From positions 79,273 through 143,272 of the forward strand of contig NZ_WOTO01000006.1 in NCBI RefSeq assembly GCF_010993775.1: a stretch of 64,000 nucleotides of DNA, written 5' to 3'. This DNA is from Fodinicola feengrottensis (GTDB taxonomy: Bacteria; Actinomycetota; Actinomycetes; Mycobacteriales; HKI-0501). The stretch's first letter is position 1, and each line of letters begins with the position of its first letter. The translations under genes and the position numbers were made by a program. This document shows positions 58,777 to 64,000 of the stretch, one piece after another. A model generated the notes under the pieces. It was not told the origin of the DNA and made no database searches. It saw only the letters and a list, made by a program, of their open reading frames with translations.

Positions 58777-59415
58777 GATGGCTGCACAAACCCACAACGA
58801 TTGGTCACGATGCCGGGAACCGACTGGGCGACCATCTGCATCGTGTTCTGCTCGCTGAGCAGCGGCTCCTCATCACTATCAGCGCGGAAAGCGATCATGT
58901 TGTCCCAGATCGACTTCGCGTACGCCCCCTGTAGCCAAGCGACGTAGGGATCGATCATCAACTTCAAGAGGATGCGCCCCTCGCGTCCCACCTGGAAATA
59001 GCCTGGCGTGTCTTCGCTCTCGCCGAGTCCGTCACCGCTGGGGAACAGCCGGTGATTCTTGAGGAATTCGAGGCCGGACGGCCCATCCGGATCAAACTCG
59101 GCCAGCAACCCGTACTTGAACAGGCGGTCCACCACAGCCAACACGTCCACGGCGGGATTCCCGTCCGCTTCTTGCGCAGCCATCTCAAGGGTTGCCAGGT
59201 TCTCCAGATCCGCCCGGCTGAACTCGCAGCGGGCTCGCGGCCTCGGGATCTGCGTAGCTGAGCAGCCAGACTCGATACTCGTCCCTAGTGAGGTCGATAA
59301 TCTCGGTTGGCTTGACGATCTCGAAAGTGCCGGGACCGGTGATGGCACCGTTGCTGTCGTCCCGGTCAAACAGAGGTCCGCCGTCGAAGCCGACTGGGAC
59401 GATGACCTTGGCCAC
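58773..59415 (-). CDS. hypothetical protein (about 214 aa; frameshift near 59230), translationally coupled to the coiled-coil gene
   Basis: ORFs 59185..59430 and 58773..59369. A GTG start with a GGAGGG SD was found manually. MAKVIVPVGFDGGPLFDRDDSNGAITGPGTFEIVKPTEIIDLTRDEYRVWLL...; no recognised family. Confidence 0.4.
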
Positions 59416-59817
59416 GAAGAAACCCTCCACCCGTTGGCGTGTGTTGCTTAGGGCAGAAGCGTATCAAGGAGCCGGGCGCTCACATACCGTTACGAACAGA
59501 TACAACAAACGCCTGCCAGTCAGTAGCACTGAACGTCAAGATGGGCGACTGGGCACCAAGTTTCGAGTCGCGTACGAGCATGCAGTTACACACATTCCCC
59601 GCAACCTCAACGCACGCGCCCTGAGGTGGCTAGACCTTGAAGGATTCCGCCTGCCTGGCCGCTGGAATGGTGGAGCAGCTGGATGGTGATGATCGTCATC
59701 GGTGTCAACGACGTCAACGCCGTGTCCAACGGGCGGTCGCCGACCCTCGCTGGCCGGCTTTTCGCTACGCTGGTGGCCATCGCGGTCCGGTCCCGTTCCG
59801 CGACGGAGGTGCGAGAG

Positions 59818-59978
59818 TGACCGGAGACGACGAACATTTCAGCGCCTGGAACGAAGAGATCGCGGACGTGATCGAGACGATCGAGCTGCGCGGGGTCAAG
59901 GACTGGCTGGCTGGTCGTACGGACGGCGTCCGCGACTGGGCCAACGGCATCGACACCACCTTCGACCCCAACGCCTGA
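59818..59978 (+). CDS. small hypothetical protein (about 53 aa), divergent from the two-gene island
   Basis: GTG start preceded by GGAGGTG at 8-nt spacing. VTGDDEHFSAWNEEIADVIETIELRGVKDWLAGRTDGVRDWANGIDTTFDPNA*; acidic and Trp-containing. Confidence 0.25.
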
Positions 59979-60598
59979 CCTCATAAACTCATCCGGCGGC
60001 CCTAAAACGGTGGTTCGGCTGGCCAGGTGGTGGGTTTTTTCGGGTGGGGGGCGGCTGGACGCGTGGTTCGTCCTTGTCGTTCAGGTAGATCGATCCGCGT
60101 CGCCGGTTTCTGGTAGGTGGGCAGACGTCTTCTCCGGGCGGTGGTGGCTCGGTGACGTAGACGCGTCCGGTGGGGCTCATGACGGTGTACGTGCCGTCTG
60201 GGGCAAGTCTTACCTTCCAGTCGGTGTGTTTTCAACCGGTGGTGGAAGCGGCCCAAGCTGAGAAGATTTTCCTTGCAGGTGCACCCATCCGGAAACGGGA
60301 TGGAGTGGTCTTTGTCGTGCCGGCCCCGACCACGACTCGCAGGTCAACGCCCGGCTTGCGTGAACGAGTATGGCCGGTACCACCAGAACCCGCTGCAGTT
60401 GCTGAGGAAGTGGACGGCTCGTACCCGCAGCCGTCGGTGCCACCGCCGCTTACACCCGTGCCGTCGGCTGTGCGCTGGTTGCCTTCACTGTTGTCTGTGT
60501 CATCGTCCGGGAGTTGCGGTGCCGGAATATCACCCAAGCTGCGGCTAGTAGCCAAATCCAGCAGCGCGTCCGCGCGGCGGACGTCCATCGATCGCGGA

Positions 60599-61000
60599 TC
60601 ATCGTCTGGGCAGGAATGTGCGTACGCGTCCAGGATCGACTTTCGTTGGGTGGAATCGAGATGTGGTGGGTGCGGCCGCGACTTTCGGGGCGTCGGCAAG
60701 GACGAGGTCAAGGAGTCCGGGAAAGCGGGGGGCCTGGAGGTCTTCGGTGCGTACGCTCAGAATTCGGCGCGCGCCGTTGATGCGCTCGTGGATGACTCCA
60801 GCCTCGCGCAGGATCTTCTGGTGGTGGGAGAACGTCGAGCGGCTGATCGTCAGTCCAGCGGCATGGTGGAGATCGTTGCAGGGCGAGGAGCCCAGAGGCA
60901 GAAGCGTCTGCACCACGAGCAGGCGCACCGGGTCAGCCAGCGCGGCCAACACTGCGCACAACTCGAGATCGATCGGAGGGCGCGGGGTGTCTGTCGTCAC
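60599..61000 (-). CDS. ArsR/SmtB family transcriptional regulator
   Basis: Winged HTH ...LAALADPVRLLVVQTLLPLGSSPCNDLHHAAGLTISRSTFSHHQKILREAGVI...; 133 aa. Confidence 0.7.
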   Translation of the reverse strand: MTTDTPRPPIDLELCAVLAALADPVRLLVVQTLLPLGSSPCNDLHHAAGLTISRSTFSHHQKILREAGVIHERINGARRILSVRTEDLQAPRFPGLLDLVLADAPKVAAAPTTSRFHPTKVDPGRVRTFLPRR

Positions 61001-61026
61001 TGCTCACAGGCGAAGGCTAGCCACCG

Positions 61027-61075
61027 CATCTATCGATGTCTATCGTACTGTTCGATATCCATCGACATAAAGGGT
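61027..61075. promoter_or_regulatory. candidate ArsR operator: two 12-bp palindromes CGAT-N4-ATCG in the arsR / SGNH-hydrolase divergent region
   Basis: tCGATgtctATCG and tCGATatccATCG, read directly about 10 bp apart between arsR (minus) and the plus-strand gene. Confidence 0.35.
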
Positions 61076-61081
61076 GTTCCC

Positions 61082-62210
61082 GTGACGACAGATGTCTGGA
61101 CCACGTCGTTTCTCGCTGCTCTCGCCGGACCCGAGGTGAGTCTCCCGTTTCCGCCGCGGTCGCGAGCGTTTGCCAACCAGACGATCCGCCAGTCGGTCCG
61201 GCTGAGGCGGGCCGGGACGGCTGTACGTCGTTCTCGGCAACGAGTTCGGCCGCCAACCGCTGGTGATCGACGAGATCGTCGTCAGCGGAGCAGCAAAGCA
61301 CGACGTGCCGGCGCTGCGTCATGGCGTCGGGCGCTGGCACCTCGCGCCGGGCGTGACAGCGGCCAGCGATCCGGTCCCGCTGCCGGTCGATGCCGGTGAG
61401 GAGCTGTCGATCAGCTGCTTCGTCGCGGGCACGACCGAGCCGGCGACCTATCTGCACTCGGCCCAGCGAACCAGTGAAATCGCCGCCGGCAACCAGACGA
61501 GCGACCGGCACCTGCGAAGCGCGCAGTCGTCGCCGTCGCTGTACTGGATCGCCCGCGTGCTCGTCGACGCGCCCGCGCAAGGTCCGGTCATTGTCGCGAT
61601 CGGCGACTCCATCACCAGGGGTGACTTCACCACGCTCGACGCGGACCAGCGGTATCCCGACCACCTGCAGCGACTGCTGCCGGCTGGTGCGGTCGTACTG
61701 AACGCTGGTCTGGGCGCCAACCGGATCCTGCGTTCTGGGCTCGGTCCGCCGATGGCCGAGCGGTTCGAGCGGGACGTGCTGTCGGTCACCGAGACAACCC
61801 ACGTCATCGTCATGGGCGGAATCAACGACATCGCGCTGCCGAAACTGCTGGGGGAATCGCAGCCAACCGCCGCCGTGATCGTCGACGGACTCAATACGCT
61901 CGCGCGCCGAGCGCGGGAGCGCGGCATCTCGCCGCTGCTGGGCACCATCACCCCGGTCGGTGAAAGCCGTATCGGTGACTTCGTCGGGTCCGGGAATGAG
62001 GACATTCGCTTAGCCGTAAATCAGGCCATCAGAGCGCAGGCTGAGTGGCCTGTGGTGGATTTCGCGGCGGCTGTTGCCGAGGCTGGCGACGCGGACCGGC
62101 TGGCCAGGTCGTACGACTCCGGCGACGGGCTACACCCCAACGACGCGGGAGCGCGAGCCCTTGCCGGTGAAGTCGACCTGAATCTCCTCACAGGGTCGGC
62201 ATCCGGCTGA
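61082..62210 (+). CDS. SGNH/GDSL hydrolase family protein (frameshift near 61240)
   Basis: C-terminal SGNH domain with block I VIVAIGDSITRGD, block III MGGINDI and block V DGLHPN (ORF 61263..62210). The N-terminal domain begins at GTG 61082 in another frame. Confidence 0.7.
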
Positions 62211-62278
62211 CTTTAGGGAACCGTGGGACGGGTGCGCTGCGTCGAAGCGGGGAGGTCGACGAGAGGTGGACTGATCGT

Positions 62279-62783
62279 GCGGATCTTCCCGACGACAGCA
62301 GCGATAGCAGCGATGGTGGTCCTGGTAGCTGGGTGCGGCGGACCTCAGGAGGTGCGTACGCTGCCGATCAGCGCGCCAGCGGCCAGCGTGCCGACGACGG
62401 TTTGTACGACCGTGCCGGCCGATGCCCAGGGCGTGTCCCTTCCCGCCGGATTCCAGGTCGCGTGGGTGCTGCGGTGTTCCATCGCGTCGCGTACGTTGGC
62501 GGGCAACGGAAAGTGGCAGATGCTGGTGTCGGAGCGGGCCGACACCTCGGCGACTGATCTGGTGGCCGCGCTGGAGAAGCCGTCGCAGCCGCGGGCGACG
62601 AACGTCCACTGTCCGTACGTCCGGCCGCAGACGTCCTCTTTCGTGCTGGTCGACGGCTCTGGCCGGGGCATCACCCCGGCAGTCCCCACCCTGTCCTGCG
62701 GCCAGCCCCCAACCAGCGGTGGCGGCGCCCTGGATGCCCTCAAGTTCCACGAAATCTACGCCCGCCCCCTCGGCCGCCGCTGA
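62279..62783 (+). CDS. lipoprotein of unknown function
   Basis: Signal peptide with lipobox LVAGCGG (VRIFPTTAAIAAMVVLVAGC). Four Cys in the mature part. Confidence 0.5.
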
Positions 62784-62814
62784 AACCGCATATCCAGCGG
62801 CGGCCATAAGACGG

Positions 62815-63531
62815 TCAGTCCTCGCCGAGGTAGGCCTTGCGGACCTTGGGGTTACCGAGCAGGTTCTCGCCGGTGTCGGACAGCGCGATCCGACCGATCT
62901 CCAGCACGTGACCGTAGTCGGCGAGCTCGAGCGCGGCCTGGGCGTTCTGTTCGACCAGCAGGATCGTGGTGCCGCTTTGCCGCAGCTCAGCCAAAGTGTC
63001 CATGATCCGGGCCATCATGATCGGGGACAGGCCCATCGACGGCTCGTCCAGCATCAGCATTTTGGGCGCTGACATCAAAGCCCGGCCGATCGCCAGCATC
63101 TGCTGCTCACCGCCGGAAAACGTGCCGGCGGCCTGCTTGCGCCGTTCGGCCAGCACCGGGAAGAGGGTGTACGCCCTCTCCAGGTCGCTGGTGACGGCGC
63201 CTTTTCGAGCGTACGCACCGAGAAGCAGGTTCTCCTCGACCGTCATCCGGGGGAAGATGTGCCGACCCTCGGGGACGTGCGCGAGCCCGCGCTCGACGAT
63301 CTGGTGAGCCGGCACCTTGTCGATCCGCTCGCCGGCGAACGTGATCGACCCGCCGGCGGTCGGCAGCAGATTGGAGATGGTCCGCAGCGTGGTCGTCTTG
63401 CCGGCGCCGTTGGTGCCGATCAGGCTGACCAGTTGCCCCTCGCCGACGGTGAAGCTGATTCCCTTGACTGCCTTGATTTTGCCGTACGCCACCTGGAGGT
63501 CCTTGACCTCCAGCATCGGAGTGCTCGTCAC
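62815..63531 (-). CDS. livF: branched-chain amino acid ABC transporter ATP-binding protein LivF
   Basis: GTNGAGKTTTL, FSGGEQQMLAIGRAL, MLMLDEPSMGL. 238 aa, intact. Confidence 0.9.
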   Translation of the reverse strand: MTSTPMLEVKDLQVAYGKIKAVKGISFTVGEGQLVSLIGTNGAGKTTTLRTISNLLPTAGGSITFAGERIDKVPAHQIVERGLAHVPEGRHIFPRMTVEENLLLGAYARKGAVTSDLERAYTLFPVLAERRKQAAGTFSGGEQQMLAIGRALMSAPKMLMLDEPSMGLSPIMMARIMDTLAELRQSGTTILLVEQNAQAALELADYGHVLEIGRIALSDTGENLLGNPKVRKAYLGED

Positions 63532-64000
63532 GCGCCGGCCTCCTCGTCCAGGGACTTCTCGGTGGCCGGCTTGTTGGCGTGGGTGGGGCCGCTGCCGATG
63601 TACGCCTCGATGACCCGCTCGTCCGACTGCACCTGCGCCGGCGTGCCCTCCACCAACGTCTCGCCGCGGACCAGGCAGGTGACCCGGTCGCAGAGCCGGA
63701 AGATGAACCGCATGTCGTGCTCGATCACCACGACCGACACGCCCCGCTCGCGGATCGCGAAGATCAGGTCGGTCGCCTCGCCGGTCTCCTGCGGGTTCAT
63801 GCCGGCGGTTGGCTCGTCCAGCAGCAACAGCCCCGGCTCGGTGGCCAGCGCTCGGGCGATCTCCAGCCGGCGCTGGTCGCCGTAGTTCAGGTTCCGTGCG
63901 AGGTGGTCACCGACGTCGGTGAGACCAACGAAGCTGAGCAGCTCCTTCGATTTCTCGACGGTCTCCTTCTCCTCCCGTCGGTAGCGCGGTCCGTGCAGGA
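63528..64000 (-). CDS. livG: branched-chain amino acid ABC transporter ATP-binding protein LivG (3' part; 5' end outside the window)
   Basis: LLLDEPTAGMNPQETGEATDLIFAIRERGVSVVVIEHDMRFIF... and a C-terminal extension typical of LivG. Runs off the window end. Confidence 0.85.
   Translation of the reverse strand, partial: LHGPRYRREEKETVEKSKELLSFVGLTDVGDHLARNLNYGDQRRLEIARALATEPGLLLLDEPTAGMNPQETGEATDLIFAIRERGVSVVVIEHDMRFIFRLCDRVTCLVRGETLVEGTPAQVQSDERVIEAYIGSGPTHANKPATEKSLDEEAGA

Noticed and set aside
56812-58797. 661-aa minus-strand ORF taken as a single giant protein.
   Set aside because: Its distal third overlaps the convergent FAD-monooxygenase gene in a GC-rich, stop-free frame. Only the proximal roughly 400 codons, the coiled-coil protein, look genuine.
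60170-61399. 409-aa plus-strand ORF spanning 60170-61399.
   Set aside because: Low-complexity Ser/Arg/Ala-rich product running antisense through the well-supported arsR gene and its operator. Treated as a GC-frame artefact.

Overview
This is a high-GC actinobacterial chromosomal segment (roughly 70% GC by eye, not computed; gene content resembles Streptomyces-like actinomycetes). It is densely coding, with about 60 genes. The dominant technical feature is that many genes are split into two to four overlapping ORFs. The breaks sit in homopolymer runs and the out-of-frame continuation is Arg/Pro/Gly-rich junk, so I interpret them as indel sequencing errors rather than pseudogenes. Boundaries below are therefore approximate, and hand-indexed positions may be off by a few nt.

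Content from left to right:
- NAD-dependent formate dehydrogenase operon (fdsB partial, fdsA, fdsD) plus moeA.
- TetR, ADP-ribosylglycohydrolase and a SAM methyltransferase.
- A duplicated ATPase/ABC-2 permease exporter (four genes).
- A secreted GH30 glycosidase and a truncated oxidoreductase remnant.
- Two tandem ECF sigma / membrane anti-sigma pairs; the first anti-sigma carries a BNR/Asp-box repeat ectodomain.
- A Dpp/Opp-type peptide ABC importer, flanked by a Tat-secreted GH30-like galactanase and a gamma-glutamyltransferase.
- An MFS efflux gene, then a TetR / FAD-monooxygenase divergent pair with a perfect palindromic operator.
- A GT1 (MGT-like) glycosyltransferase.
- A small ORF plus Trp-rich repeat ORF in front of a TPR protein.
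- nfeD-like and flotillin genes.
- The complete GlgE alpha-glucan pathway cluster (glgE-treS-pep2-glgB on the minus strand) with divergent glgP.
- An uncharacterised three-gene operon: P-loop GTPase, small membrane protein, unknown protein.
- cydABDC.
- An Rsr (Ro60/TROVE-vWA) gene preceded by a Y-RNA-like ncRNA whose core is a circularly permuted tRNA-like module.
- A NarL-type two-component system.
- A second TetR / FAD-monooxygenase pair.
- A lower-GC two-gene island encoding an unknown protein and a long coiled-coil protein.
- An ArsR regulator with twin palindromic operators and a divergent SGNH hydrolase; a lipoprotein; livF and livG (partial).

No CRISPR array, rRNA or canonical tRNA gene was seen.

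The most interesting items are the rsr-linked permuted tRNA-like Y RNA, the GTPase/membrane/unknown operon, and the low-GC coiled-coil island.
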